DNA of 64,000 nucleotides from Terriglobia bacterium. GTDB lineage: Bacteria > Acidobacteriota > Terriglobia > Bryobacterales > UBA6623. The translations under genes and the position numbers were made by a program. Below, piece after piece: positions 49,169 to 59,188 of the stretch. Location of the stretch: contig VXRL01000040.1 in assembly GCA_009838515.1 (NCBI GenBank), positions 221,348 through 285,347 on the forward strand, given 5' to 3'. How positions within the stretch are numbered: position 1 is the stretch's first letter; each line of letters begins with the position of its first letter. Below the pieces are notes generated by a model. That model saw only the letters and a list, made by a program, of their open reading frames with translations. It ran no database searches and had not been told where the DNA came from.

Positions 49169-50323
49169 ATGTCGAGCAGACCCGCGGCGGTGGCCGGATC
49201 CGAGACCGTGCGCGGCATCCATCCCGGAACCGGCGAGACGCTAGCCATCAGCACCAGCGGCGGTAGAATCTCCGCGCTCGAGGCCGTGCCCGGCGAGGCG
49301 GGGCCCTTCGTTTCCCCCGGATGGGTGGACCTGCAGGTGAACGGCTTCGCCGGCGTGGACTACAACGACCCGAGCACGCCCGCCGACGAAATCGCCCGCT
49401 CGATCGAAGTCCAGCGTTCTACCGGCGTCGCGCGCTTCTACCCCACGGTGATCACCGGATCTGGACAGGGCATGCGAGGCTCACTCCGGAACCTAGCCCT
49501 GGCCCGGCGCACCATCTCCAACGGCTCGGCAATGCTCGGCTTCCACGTCGAAGGGCCGTGGATCTCACCGGATGATGGACCGCGCGGAGCGCATCCGCAG
49601 CAGCACGTGCGCCCGCCCAGCATCGAAGAGTTCGCGCGCTTTCAGGACGCGGCGGACGGGGGCATCCGGATCGTCACGCTCAGCCCGGAACACGACGAGG
49701 CGCCCCGCGTGATCGAGCACATGGTAGCCAACGACGTGGTCGTCTCGATCGGACATACCAACGCCACGTCGGCACAGATCGCCGACGCGGTTTGCGCCGG
49801 TGCGACGATGAGCACCCACTTGGGCAATGGCGCGCACGCGAGGGTCCCGAGGCACGACAACTACATCGTCCACCAGATGGCTGACGATCGCCTCTACGCA
49901 GGCCTGATCATCGACGGGATCCACCTGCCTCCGCCATTCGCCAAGGTCGCGCTGCGCGCCAAGGGGCCGCACCGATCGATTCTCGTCACCGATGCGGTGG
50001 CACCAGCCCATTGCGAGCCGGGCATATACCAGCTCGGCGAGCAGCAAGTCGAGCTGTTGCCTAGCAGCCGGGTCGAACTCACCACCAGCCGGCGGCTGGC
50101 GGGATCCGCCCTGAGCATGGATCGCGGCGTCGAGAACGCCATGCGATTCGCGGGGATGACGCTGCACGAAGCTACGCGACTTGCCTGCTCGAATCCGGGA
50201 GCGGCGATGGGACTGGCGCAGCGCACGGAATATCTCACTCCCGGACAAGCCGCCGATTTCACACTGTTCCGCCTGGAGGAGGGAAATCTAGAGGTGATCC
50301 GCACCATCGCCGTGGCGGACTGA
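49169..50323 (+). CDS. nagA: N-acetylglucosamine-6-phosphate deacetylase-like amidohydrolase
   Basis: PGWVDLQVNG, HVEGP, GHT, THLGNG, DGIH, VTDA, LAGS. Confidence 0.8.
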   Translation: MSSRPAAVAGSETVRGIHPGTGETLAISTSGGRISALEAVPGEAGPFVSPGWVDLQVNGFAGVDYNDPSTPADEIARSIEVQRSTGVARFYPTVITGSGQGMRGSLRNLALARRTISNGSAMLGFHVEGPWISPDDGPRGAHPQQHVRPPSIEEFARFQDAADGGIRIVTLSPEHDEAPRVIEHMVANDVVVSIGHTNATSAQIADAVCAGATMSTHLGNGAHARVPRHDNYIVHQMADDRLYAGLIIDGIHLPPPFAKVALRAKGPHRSILVTDAVAPAHCEPGIYQLGEQQVELLPSSRVELTTSRRLAGSALSMDRGVENAMRFAGMTLHEATRLACSNPGAAMGLAQRTEYLTPGQAADFTLFRLEEGNLEVIRTIAVAD

Positions 50324-50354
50324 CTAGCTGGACGGGCGGGGATATAATCGCAAC

Positions 50355-51023
50355 TTGCCGAGCGTTGGATTCTTCGTCAGCGTCGAGGGAATCGATGGTT
50401 GCGGCAAGACAACCCAGATCCGGCTCCTAGTCGAACGGCTGGCGGCACTGGGGGTACCGACGCTTCTTGCGCAAGAGCCCGGCGGAACAGCGACCGGACG
50501 GCTGATTCGAAGCGTGCTGCTCGATGCTCGGAACCACGGCATCGAGCCGATGACCGAGCTGCTGCTGTTCTTCGCGTCACGGGCGCAAAACCTGGCAGAA
50601 GTCATTCGCCCGGCCCTAGATGCCGGTCAAGTCGTGGTTTGCGATCGCTTCACGGATGCGAGCGTTGCCTATCAAGGCTACGGTCGAGGACTAGGCGCCG
50701 CCTCGGTGCAACAGTTGAGCGAAGTCGCCTGCGGTGATCTGCAGCCCGACCTGACGCTCTGGCTGGACATCGAGCCGGCGGCCGCACTGGCAAGGGCTGG
50801 CAAACGCGAGTCCGGCGGGAGCGCCGGCCGGGACCGCATGGAGTCAGAGGCGCTGGAGTTCTTCCTGCGCGTGCGGGAGGGATATGCTCACACGCATGCC
50901 GACCAGCCGCAGCGAATTCGACGTATCGCAGCGGACGGCTCGGTCTCAGAGGTCTTCGACCGCGTGATGGCCGCGGTATTTCCAGCGCTCGAAGCGCGCG
51001 GCTTCGTGGTGCGGAGCAACTGA
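50355..51023 (+). CDS. tmk: Thymidylate kinase
   Basis: EGIDGCGKTTQ, EPGGT, CDRF..AYQGYGRG. Confidence 0.95.
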   Translation: MPSVGFFVSVEGIDGCGKTTQIRLLVERLAALGVPTLLAQEPGGTATGRLIRSVLLDARNHGIEPMTELLLFFASRAQNLAEVIRPALDAGQVVVCDRFTDASVAYQGYGRGLGAASVQQLSEVACGDLQPDLTLWLDIEPAAALARAGKRESGGSAGRDRMESEALEFFLRVREGYAHTHADQPQRIRRIAADGSVSEVFDRVMAAVFPALEARGFVVRSN

Positions 51024-52096
51024 TGCCAGCCCCCCGATTCTTCGGCCATCAACGCGTCGCCGCGTCACTGTGGCGAATGGTATCTGAGGATCGCCTGCCG
51101 CAGACGCTGCTGTTCGCTGGGAAGCGAGGAATCGGCAAGGCCACGCTGGCCCGCCATCTGGCGGCCGGAATGAACTGCGCGTCCGGGCCGGGCAAGCCGT
51201 GCAGCGATTGCTCGGCCTGCATCAGGATCCTCGAAGGCGACCTGTCGACGGAGCAGTTCCGCGAGAGGATCGAGGCACGGCGCAAGCTATCGGCGGAGAA
51301 GCGCAAGGGCGCTCCGCTCGTGGTCGCGACGCACCCGGATGTACTTATTTTTCCCCCGGACGGGCCGATGCAGTTGCTATCGATCGACCAGGCTCGCATG
51401 CTGCGCGAGTCGGCTCGCCTCGCTCCGGCAGAGGGGCGCCGCAGGATCTTCGTGCTCGAACACGCCGATCGCGCCACGGAGGAAGCTTCGAACGCGCTGT
51501 TGAAGACCTTGGAGGAGCCGGCTGCCAGCCTCACGATCATCCTGACGTCCGAGAACCCGTTCGCCCTCCTGCCGACCATACGGTCCCGTGCCATCCCGTT
51601 CTACTTTTCCCCCTTGGCACGGAGCGAAATGGACGAATTCATGCAATCGCGGCACGAGGTTGCCGGGAAAGACCGCGCACTGGTCAGCGCGTGGGCGGAA
51701 GGCAGCCCCGGCGCGGCGATCACGCTGGACATGGAAGAGTTCGCGCGTCGCCGAGGCGCCATGCTAGCCCTGCTCCGAGCGGCGCTGAAGCGCGGCAAGT
51801 TCGCCAAGCTGTCTGTTGAGATCGCATCGCTCGGCAGAGGCGAATCGGGGCAGATCGACCGGCTGGCTGCAATGCTGCACTCGCTCTTGCGGGACCTGCT
51901 GCTGGTGCGCGTCAAGGCCCCCGCCAACCTCGTGCATCACGACATCGCCCCGGAGCTGGAACAGCTTGCGCCCCGGGTGAGCTTTCCCTGGCTCGAGCGG
52001 GCGGTCGTCGCGCTTCAAGAGCTGGAACAGCTCCAGCGCCTGAACGTGCAAAAGCAGATCGCATTCGAAGCATACGCCCTGAAACTGCAACGCTAG
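51023..52096 (+). CDS. holB: DNA polymerase III subunit delta'
   Basis: GIGKAT, Zn cysteines, HPD, SNALLKTLEEP, LLPTIRSR; follows tmk. Confidence 0.92.
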   Translation: MPAPRFFGHQRVAASLWRMVSEDRLPQTLLFAGKRGIGKATLARHLAAGMNCASGPGKPCSDCSACIRILEGDLSTEQFRERIEARRKLSAEKRKGAPLVVATHPDVLIFPPDGPMQLLSIDQARMLRESARLAPAEGRRRIFVLEHADRATEEASNALLKTLEEPAASLTIILTSENPFALLPTIRSRAIPFYFSPLARSEMDEFMQSRHEVAGKDRALVSAWAEGSPGAAITLDMEEFARRRGAMLALLRAALKRGKFAKLSVEIASLGRGESGQIDRLAAMLHSLLRDLLLVRVKAPANLVHHDIAPELEQLAPRVSFPWLERAVVALQELEQLQRLNVQKQIAFEAYALKLQR

Positions 52097-52152
52097 CCGG
52101 GCCCACGCAGTTCGGCCCGCCGGGGTCTAGACTAAATCCAGCGAGGATTCCG

Positions 52153-53946
52153 ATGTCTGCAACAGCTCTAGCCGATTATCCGGCCGTGCAAGCTCCCGTA
52201 GGCGGCCACTTTCTGATCGCGTCCGGCGACCCCGGCACCGTGTTCACTCCGGAGGACTTCACCGAGGCGCAGCTCCAAGCGCTGGCCACGACCAAACGCT
52301 TTGTGGAAGCGGAGGTTGTGCCGCGAATCGCTGAATTCGAACGCAAGGAGCCAGGCTTGGCCCGACAGTTGATCGAACAGTCCGCCGAGCTAGGGCTGCT
52401 CGGCATCCTCGTGCCGGAGCGGCATGACGGGCTCGAGTTGGACATCACCACGCAGATGCTGGTAGCCGAGGCGATGGGCGGCTACGCATCGTTTTCGACT
52501 ACCTACGGGGCCCACGCTGGGATTGGCACATTGCCCTTGGTCTTCTTCGGAACCGAGGAACAGCGGCAGCGATACCTTCCTCGGATGGTCACGGGTGAGT
52601 CGCTGGCGGCCTACTGCCTGAGCGAGCCGCAAGCGGGCAGCGACTCGCAGAACTCGCTCACGCGCGCGGAACTGTCTTCTGACGGCAAGCACTACGTGTT
52701 GAACGGCCAGAAGATGTGGATCTCGAACGGGGGCTGGGCGGACCTGTACACGGTGTTCGCGAAGGTCGACGGCGAACAGTTCACGGCATTCTTGGTCGAA
52801 CGCGAGTTCGACGGTGTCCAGCCGGGGGCCGAAGAGCACAAGATGGGGCTGCGCGGCAGCTCGACAACAGCGCTGTACCTTGACAACGTCCACGTGCCAG
52901 TCGAGAACGTGCTCGGCGAGGTCGGACGCGGGCACGTGATCGCATTCAACGTCCTCAACATGGGACGCTTGGAGCTGGCGGCCGCATGCGTGGGCGGCGC
53001 CAAGGACTCGATCTCGGACTCGGCCGCGTACGCCCTGCAGCGCAAGGCGTTCGGGCAGCCAATCGCTAATTTCGGGGCCATCCGCCAGAAGCTCGCGGAC
53101 ATGGCGGTGCGGGTATTCGCGAGCGAGTCGATGGTGTACCGCACGTCAGGAATGATCGATGCGAGGCTGGCAGACGTGTCGTGGGACAGCCCCGAGGCCG
53201 CGCGACAGACACTCAAGGCTGTAGAGGAGTACGCCATCGAGTGCTCTATCGCCAAGGTCTACGTGTCGGAGGTTCTCGACTTCACGACAGACGAGGCTGT
53301 GCAAATCCACGGCGGCTACGGCTACCACGAAGACTACGCAGTCGAACGCAACTACCGAGACTCCCGCATCAACCGCATCTTTGAGGGCACGAACGAAATC
53401 AATCGCCTGCTGACGACTGGCATGCTGCTCAAGCGCGCAGGTCAAGGCCGCTTGGACTTGCTGAAGGCGGTCGCGCAGGCGGCAGGGAACTCGCCAGACG
53501 CTGCGGCAGCTGCTGGCGACTCCGCTGGTTTGGGCAAGGAGCAAGGCATTGTTGATCGCATAAGAAAGGCTACCTTATGCATGACGGGCTTGGCCTACCA
53601 GAGATTCGGCGATTCGCTCGACCGGCAGCAAGAGGTCGCCGCCGCTGTGGGCGACATGGCGGCAGAGGTCTACACCTCTGAATCTGCCCTGCTGCGAACC
53701 GCGAAGCTTACAGCGGACGGCCGCGGCGGCAACGCTCGCGACATGCTCACCGTGCTGCTCCAGCAATCTCTGGGCACGGTAAGGGAACTCGGCGGACTCG
53801 TGATCGGCGCTGCCGGCGACGGTGCTGAACTGGAGAACACGTGGAGCTCGTTCCTGCAGCTGACCGGCCCCGTTCCTTCAGACCTCCCGGCGGCGCGGGA
53901 TCGGATCGCCGCGCGGATCCTCGAGTCGGGCAGCTACTCGGTCTAG
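52153..53946 (+). CDS. Acyl-CoA dehydrogenase (long, FadE-type)
   Basis: YCLSEPQAGSD, KMWISNG, EHKMGLRGSST, QIHGGYG, RIFEGTNEI. Confidence 0.93.
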   Translation: MSATALADYPAVQAPVGGHFLIASGDPGTVFTPEDFTEAQLQALATTKRFVEAEVVPRIAEFERKEPGLARQLIEQSAELGLLGILVPERHDGLELDITTQMLVAEAMGGYASFSTTYGAHAGIGTLPLVFFGTEEQRQRYLPRMVTGESLAAYCLSEPQAGSDSQNSLTRAELSSDGKHYVLNGQKMWISNGGWADLYTVFAKVDGEQFTAFLVEREFDGVQPGAEEHKMGLRGSSTTALYLDNVHVPVENVLGEVGRGHVIAFNVLNMGRLELAAACVGGAKDSISDSAAYALQRKAFGQPIANFGAIRQKLADMAVRVFASESMVYRTSGMIDARLADVSWDSPEAARQTLKAVEEYAIECSIAKVYVSEVLDFTTDEAVQIHGGYGYHEDYAVERNYRDSRINRIFEGTNEINRLLTTGMLLKRAGQGRLDLLKAVAQAAGNSPDAAAAAGDSAGLGKEQGIVDRIRKATLCMTGLAYQRFGDSLDRQQEVAAAVGDMAAEVYTSESALLRTAKLTADGRGGNARDMLTVLLQQSLGTVRELGGLVIGAAGDGAELENTWSSFLQLTGPVPSDLPAARDRIAARILESGSYSV

Positions 53947-54111
53947 CGCAGAGCCACTCGGAACTCGGGTGCCGCGGTCCGGACTGACGGAAGCGGCGAA
54001 CTGGCCTAGGGCTCGGGCGACCAATGCCCGTGCTAGCGGGCGGACCGCACCGAGCCACCCGCACGTGAACACCCGGCCGTGATGCTATCACCGGTGCCGG
54101 TGGCGTGGCAA

Positions 54112-54149
54112 CAGTTTCTGAGCAGAGTGGCCAGTTTCTGAGCAGAAAC
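54112..54149. repeat. Tandem 15-bp direct repeat CAGTTTCTGAGCAGA (20-bp period); possible IS21-type end remnant
   Basis: Copies at 54112-54126 and 54132-54146; the second extends into the palindrome GTTTCTG-AG-CAGAAAC. Confidence 0.45.
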
Positions 54150-54266
54150 GACGGTTCGGTTGTCAGCAAGCCTTGCGGCTTATCCCTCCGTGGCAAGGAG
54201 GCCCTTCTAAACCCTCCTGTGCCGGCGCCTCAAGGCATTGTGGGCGAGCGCTGACGCAAGCCTAGG

Positions 54267-54770
54267 TCAATCCGAATCCGGCAGCTTCCATTCGGAGAGC
54301 GACTCCTCGACCGATTCACACGATTCCAAACTCAGATCACGCCGGAGATGGCTCGGGCCTCCAGTAGGCTGTCCGGCACCCTCGGCTACCGCCAGGCACA
54401 CGCTTCCCGATGCCAATCGAATCTTGCCGACGCTGTCGAACGAGAAGCGCTGCGATGGCGACGAGTCACACGGCTTGAGGAAGACTTGGGCTCCGGGTTG
54501 GTCCGATTCCGCGGAAGCGCAGCGGTCATAGGCTGGCATGTAAAGCTGCCCCGATGACGGCTTGTTGATCGCAAACATCTCGTCCGCCGCGCCGGGCTTG
54601 CAGGTGTGCGCCATTAGGGGAGCGTTGAGATTGAGACGGTTTCCAAAACCTGGGACGTCGACGCAGTAGCGTTCGGGCTCGTCGAGGGGGTCAACCAGTT
54701 CAATCAAGCCCTCGGCCTGGCCTAGCACCGGAAACGCCAGCGCCGCGATGAGGGGGATTCGTGCAAGCAC
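54267..54770 (-). CDS. Secreted ricin B/beta-trefoil-like protein
   Basis: Signal peptide; DPLDEPERYCVDV, HTCK, repeated C...C..Q/W pattern. Confidence 0.65.
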   Translation of the reverse strand: MLARIPLIAALAFPVLGQAEGLIELVDPLDEPERYCVDVPGFGNRLNLNAPLMAHTCKPGAADEMFAINKPSSGQLYMPAYDRCASAESDQPGAQVFLKPCDSSPSQRFSFDSVGKIRLASGSVCLAVAEGAGQPTGGPSHLRRDLSLESCESVEESLSEWKLPDSD

Positions 54771-54850
54771 CGAGAGACATTCTAGCGCTGACACAACGGG
54801 ACGACCGCCTCACGCTTGGAGCTGTCCGAGCGCTTGATACCATGTTTGGC

Positions 54851-56155
54851 ATGCAACGGCTGCTGATAACCCTCGTGGCCATCGCCGGACTGGCTGCCGC
54901 CAATGACAGCTGGCCGCAGTGGCGCGGACCGAATCTCGACGGGACGAGCACGTCCACAGGACTGCCCGTTCGCTGGAGCACGTCCGAGAACGTCGTTTGG
55001 CGCACCAAGCTGCCAAGCTGGGCAGCCGCGACGCCGATCATTTGGGGCGATACCGTTTTCGTGACATCCGCGGAGAAGGGGTCGAGCCTGAACCGGCCCA
55101 ACTCCCGGCTGTTCCAAGGTGGTGACGCGGATCGCGACCAGCTCTACCTGATCGCGATCAGCCGCCAGGACGGCAAGGTCCGCTGGCAGCAGTCCATCGG
55201 GCGCGGAAACCGCATCGGCAACAAGCAAAACATGGCGTCACCGTCACCAGTCACCGACGGCGAGCATGTCTGGGTGGCCAACGGAAACGGCGAGGTGCGC
55301 TGCTTCGACTTCTCCGGCCGCCAGATCTGGTTGCGCGACTTGCAGGCCGACTATGGCAAGTTCGGTGTGCAATTCGGCTACGGTTCGTCTCCCCTGCTTC
55401 ACCAAGGAGTGCTGTATCTGCAGAACTTGCAAGGCATGTACACGGACGATCCGTCGTACGTGCTGGCGATGGACGCCAAGTCCGGAAAAACGCTGTGGAA
55501 GGTCGACCGGCCCACCGACGGCGAGCACGAGACCCCTGATTCGTACTCGACGGCCACGCTGGCCAAGGTCGGCGAGAAGTTCATCCTGATCGTCTCGGGC
55601 GCCGGCTACGTCACCGGCCATGACCTCCAGACTGGCAGGGAGGTCTGGCGGGCCGGCGGACTGAACCCGAACAACGCAAGGAACTATCGCACCATCGCTT
55701 CGTCGCTCGTGGTTGACGACATCGTGCTGGTGCCCTCGCGGAGAAGGCCGTTCATCGCGTTCCGCACCGACGGGCGTGGGGACGTGACCGAGTCTAAGAA
55801 GCTCTGGTCTACCGACTACGGTCCGGACGTGCCGACGCCGACCAGCGATGGGAAGCGGCTCTACATCATCGACGACAAGGGCATATCGCTCAACCTGAAG
55901 GTAAGCGACGGAAGTACGATCTGGGATCGCACCCGGATCGAGCCGGGCACCTATTCGGCGTCTCCCCTGCTGGCGGACGGCAAGATCTACGCCATCAGCG
56001 AGGAAGGGACGACCACCGTCCTCAAAGCCGGCGACGAGTTCGAGATCTTGGCCGTGAATCGCCTTGACGACTACACCCTGGCGTCACCTGCGGCAGCGGG
56101 GAATCAGATCTTCATCCGCACCGCCGAGTACCTATACTGCATCGGCAAACCGTAG
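54851..56155 (+). CDS. PQQ-like/BamB beta-propeller protein
   Basis: WPQWRGP, repeated SP..DG/W motifs. Confidence 0.88.
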   Translation: MQRLLITLVAIAGLAAANDSWPQWRGPNLDGTSTSTGLPVRWSTSENVVWRTKLPSWAAATPIIWGDTVFVTSAEKGSSLNRPNSRLFQGGDADRDQLYLIAISRQDGKVRWQQSIGRGNRIGNKQNMASPSPVTDGEHVWVANGNGEVRCFDFSGRQIWLRDLQADYGKFGVQFGYGSSPLLHQGVLYLQNLQGMYTDDPSYVLAMDAKSGKTLWKVDRPTDGEHETPDSYSTATLAKVGEKFILIVSGAGYVTGHDLQTGREVWRAGGLNPNNARNYRTIASSLVVDDIVLVPSRRRPFIAFRTDGRGDVTESKKLWSTDYGPDVPTPTSDGKRLYIIDDKGISLNLKVSDGSTIWDRTRIEPGTYSASPLLADGKIYAISEEGTTTVLKAGDEFEILAVNRLDDYTLASPAAAGNQIFIRTAEYLYCIGKP

Positions 56156-56239
56156 CTGGCCGAACGCAGGAGCATCCGCTTGGCAGGTGCCGCGGAACTC
56201 CCGGCATCGACCCCGGGCACCGGCCCCGGGCTAGGACGA

Positions 56240-59065
56240 TCAGTCGCCGCTCTCGCCCGACGACGCGGTTTCTTGAAGCAGCCGGAACAGTCCCGCGGTT
56301 TGCCGCATCTCGAACTCGTCCAGCAGACCTTCAGGCATGATCGAAACGTCTGACTCGCGCATGTCAACGATGTCTTCGCGCTGAATCGAGACCGGCCTGT
56401 CCAAGTCCGGGATCAAGATCTTGACGCTGGCCTCGTCCTCTTCCAGGATCAGCGCCGAATAGACATCGTCTTCGGTTTCGATACGCCAAGAACCGTACTG
56501 GTCAGAGATTTCCTGAGACGGCCACAGCACGGCCTCGAGCATGTCGCGCCGCGTGAACCGATTGCCAATCGTGGTTAGATCGGGACCGTAGTCCTCGCCA
56601 AGCTCGCCCAGACGGTGGCACTTCGCACATGCCTTCTCGTACACCTCGACGCCTTGCTCGCGCGTTGCCATCGTCGTCATAGGGTCGTACATCATGTACT
56701 CGAAGATTTCCTGCTCGCTGTACAGGTTGGTGCCTGTCTTGCGCGCAAACACATTGGGCCGGACATGGCCGTTACGGCTGCGCAAGCTGGCCAGCAAGGC
56801 TTCGTCGTCAACTGGGGCGAACTCGGGAATCGCAGCGTATGCCGCCTGGCGCTCCTGCGCGTCGAAGAACTCCAGCGATGACTCGAAGAGTCGGTTGATG
56901 AAGCCTGGGAAGCTGGCCCCGCCGCGCCAGTTCTTCGCCTTGCGGAACCACGCCAGAAGCGTTTGCTTTTGCTCGGACGACCAGCCGTGCCTGATCTCGC
57001 GCAGGCAGTAGACGTAGTGAATCTGCAGCTGCTGGTTGTCTTCCCCGGCTGGAATCCGGGCCAAGATGGGGTCAATCGCCTCGGGACGGTTGGCGTAGGC
57101 CATCGTGCGGGCGTATTCCCGGTTCAGGTCATCGTCTTCGACAGGAAAGCGCCGGGAGACGATGTCGTAGATCTGGTCGCGCAGGCTCTCGCGGCAGCCG
57201 CCCTCGACCTCTAGACAGGCAAGGTGGAACACGCGTAGCAGCGCCAGCTCGGCTTCGACATCCAACGCATCGGACTTGAGCATCGAGAGGGTCTTCTCGA
57301 ACACCGCTTCGAGCTCAATCTGCTTCTGCGCGGTGCGCACCAGGGCCAGCATGCCGCCGGCGGCGGCGGTTGGGTCCGGCTCCGCGACGACCGAGTTCTC
57401 CCACGAGTCGCGGGGCGTGGCCTCGAGCGCGACGCGCGCGGACCAGCGCACGAAACGGTCGGGATCGCCGACAAGGGAATAGAGCAGCGAGGCATCGGCG
57501 AAGGCTGGATCCCCCATGCGCAACAGGGCCTCGACCGCCCGCCGGCGCACGAGAGCGTCTCGGTCCGCCAGGCCCTCCGCCGCCAGGGTCTTCGCGCGGT
57601 CGCTTCCGTGCTGCCCGACCACGTACATGGCAGCCGCTCGAAGCGACGCGGGTTCGCTCTCGAACGCGCTCCGAATCAACAGCGCATCCGGTTTCGGCCC
57701 GTAGCGCTGCAACAGATGCAGCGCTTGCGCACGGTCGCTACCCTGGGCGGTGCCGTCCCGCACCAAGGCTTGCAGACCCACGGCCCACGCATCGCCCATG
57801 GCACTCTTCCGCTCTTGGAAATAGGCATGGCTGAAGGCCGACAAGGGCTGTGGCTGGCGAACCACGGACAAGATCCCCGAATCGGGCCGGAAACCGTCGT
57901 TGGCGCGATGCCCCGTGTACGCCACGCGGAAAAATCCGCCCTGGGTCATCCGCCCCCCCATGGTGAAGTAAACCAAGCCGTCCGGGCCGACGGCCACGTC
58001 GGTTACGTTGAGGGGCTCGCCGTAAATGAAGTCCGTCGCCGGCTCAGCCAATGCATATGTGGCGCCGCTGCGCTTGAACTTGGACAACACGACCCGGCCT
58101 CGAGACCAGTCGCCCTGCAGGAAGGCGTCGAAATACTCCGACGGGTAGGCGTAGCTGTGATAGAACTCCACGCCGACCGGAGAGCCGCGCCCCAAGTCGT
58201 CCACCGGCGGCAGCGAATCGAGGAAGTAGGCCGGGAACTTGCCCGACCCCGTGCGCCAGCCGTAGTCGGCCGACGGAATGCCGTGCACGGATCGGACTTC
58301 TCGATACCAAGGGAGGTTGATGTCCCACTCCATGTCGGAGTCGAACGTGAACACCTCGCCAGCGAGGTTGTAGGCGTGGTTGTAGGGGTTGCGGAACCCG
58401 CCGAATTGCAGCGAGTAGGAGTTGCCGTCGTCCTCGATCCGGAACAACGCGCCGCCGGGAGCCATCCGGCCAGCAGCGTGCCCGCGAGCATCCATGTACC
58501 GGTCGAGGAGCTGCGATTCCTTGTAGCCCCGCAACGGCGAGTCAGCCGCGATGCGGTCAGCGGGCACGAAGGTATGGTTACCCACTAGCACGGAAATCGA
58601 CCCGTCCGGAGCGCGGCGGATGTCGTGGGGGCCGTGCTCGCCGATCCGGCCCGTGTACCGCACGAGGATTTCCCGCGAGTCCGCTACGCCGTCTCCATCT
58701 GTGTCCGGCAGCCGGAAGAGGTAGGCTTCGCGATCCTCTGGGTTTGTGCAGTTGGCATAAAGCGTGGAGCCATCGAACCAGATACCCTGGCAATTCTCTA
58801 CCTGATCGCTGACGACCTGCTGCGTTTCGAGCGTGCCGTCGCCATCGTTGTCTAGCAAGCGCACGGGATGGCTGCGCTCCTTGGACACGACTGGCAATCC
58901 CTTGGCATCGAACGTGAGTTGGATCAGAGAACCTATCTGGGCGTCGTCAGCCACCGTCTCCACCACGAACCCGGGCGGAACCTGATACGGCCCCTCCAGA
59001 ATGGGCTCGGAGACCTGGCAGTTCCACGTGGCTAGAGCGAATAGGAGACAGGCCGGCTTGCGCAT
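56240..59065 (-). CDS. PVC-type membrane-bound dehydrogenase-like protein (beta-propeller + HEAT repeats + cytochrome c)
   Basis: GEHGPH, GFRNPY, DSDMEWD, HEAT-like region, CAKCH...GPDLT...SIMPEGL. Confidence 0.85.
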   Translation of the reverse strand: MRKPACLLFALATWNCQVSEPILEGPYQVPPGFVVETVADDAQIGSLIQLTFDAKGLPVVSKERSHPVRLLDNDGDGTLETQQVVSDQVENCQGIWFDGSTLYANCTNPEDREAYLFRLPDTDGDGVADSREILVRYTGRIGEHGPHDIRRAPDGSISVLVGNHTFVPADRIAADSPLRGYKESQLLDRYMDARGHAAGRMAPGGALFRIEDDGNSYSLQFGGFRNPYNHAYNLAGEVFTFDSDMEWDINLPWYREVRSVHGIPSADYGWRTGSGKFPAYFLDSLPPVDDLGRGSPVGVEFYHSYAYPSEYFDAFLQGDWSRGRVVLSKFKRSGATYALAEPATDFIYGEPLNVTDVAVGPDGLVYFTMGGRMTQGGFFRVAYTGHRANDGFRPDSGILSVVRQPQPLSAFSHAYFQERKSAMGDAWAVGLQALVRDGTAQGSDRAQALHLLQRYGPKPDALLIRSAFESEPASLRAAAMYVVGQHGSDRAKTLAAEGLADRDALVRRRAVEALLRMGDPAFADASLLYSLVGDPDRFVRWSARVALEATPRDSWENSVVAEPDPTAAAGGMLALVRTAQKQIELEAVFEKTLSMLKSDALDVEAELALLRVFHLACLEVEGGCRESLRDQIYDIVSRRFPVEDDDLNREYARTMAYANRPEAIDPILARIPAGEDNQQLQIHYVYCLREIRHGWSSEQKQTLLAWFRKAKNWRGGASFPGFINRLFESSLEFFDAQERQAAYAAIPEFAPVDDEALLASLRSRNGHVRPNVFARKTGTNLYSEQEIFEYMMYDPMTTMATREQGVEVYEKACAKCHRLGELGEDYGPDLTTIGNRFTRRDMLEAVLWPSQEISDQYGSWRIETEDDVYSALILEEDEASVKILIPDLDRPVSIQREDIVDMRESDVSIMPEGLLDEFEMRQTAGLFRLLQETASSGESGD

Positions 59066-59188
59066 TTCAAGAACCAGTGTAGCGACGGTCGCTCGCTCGC
59101 TTTCGAGCCTCTGGACGCCGCTCCTGAGAAGAGCATTGCGGCACAAATCGATAGTCTTGCCCTGGCCCACGATGAGGCGAGAGCTGCG

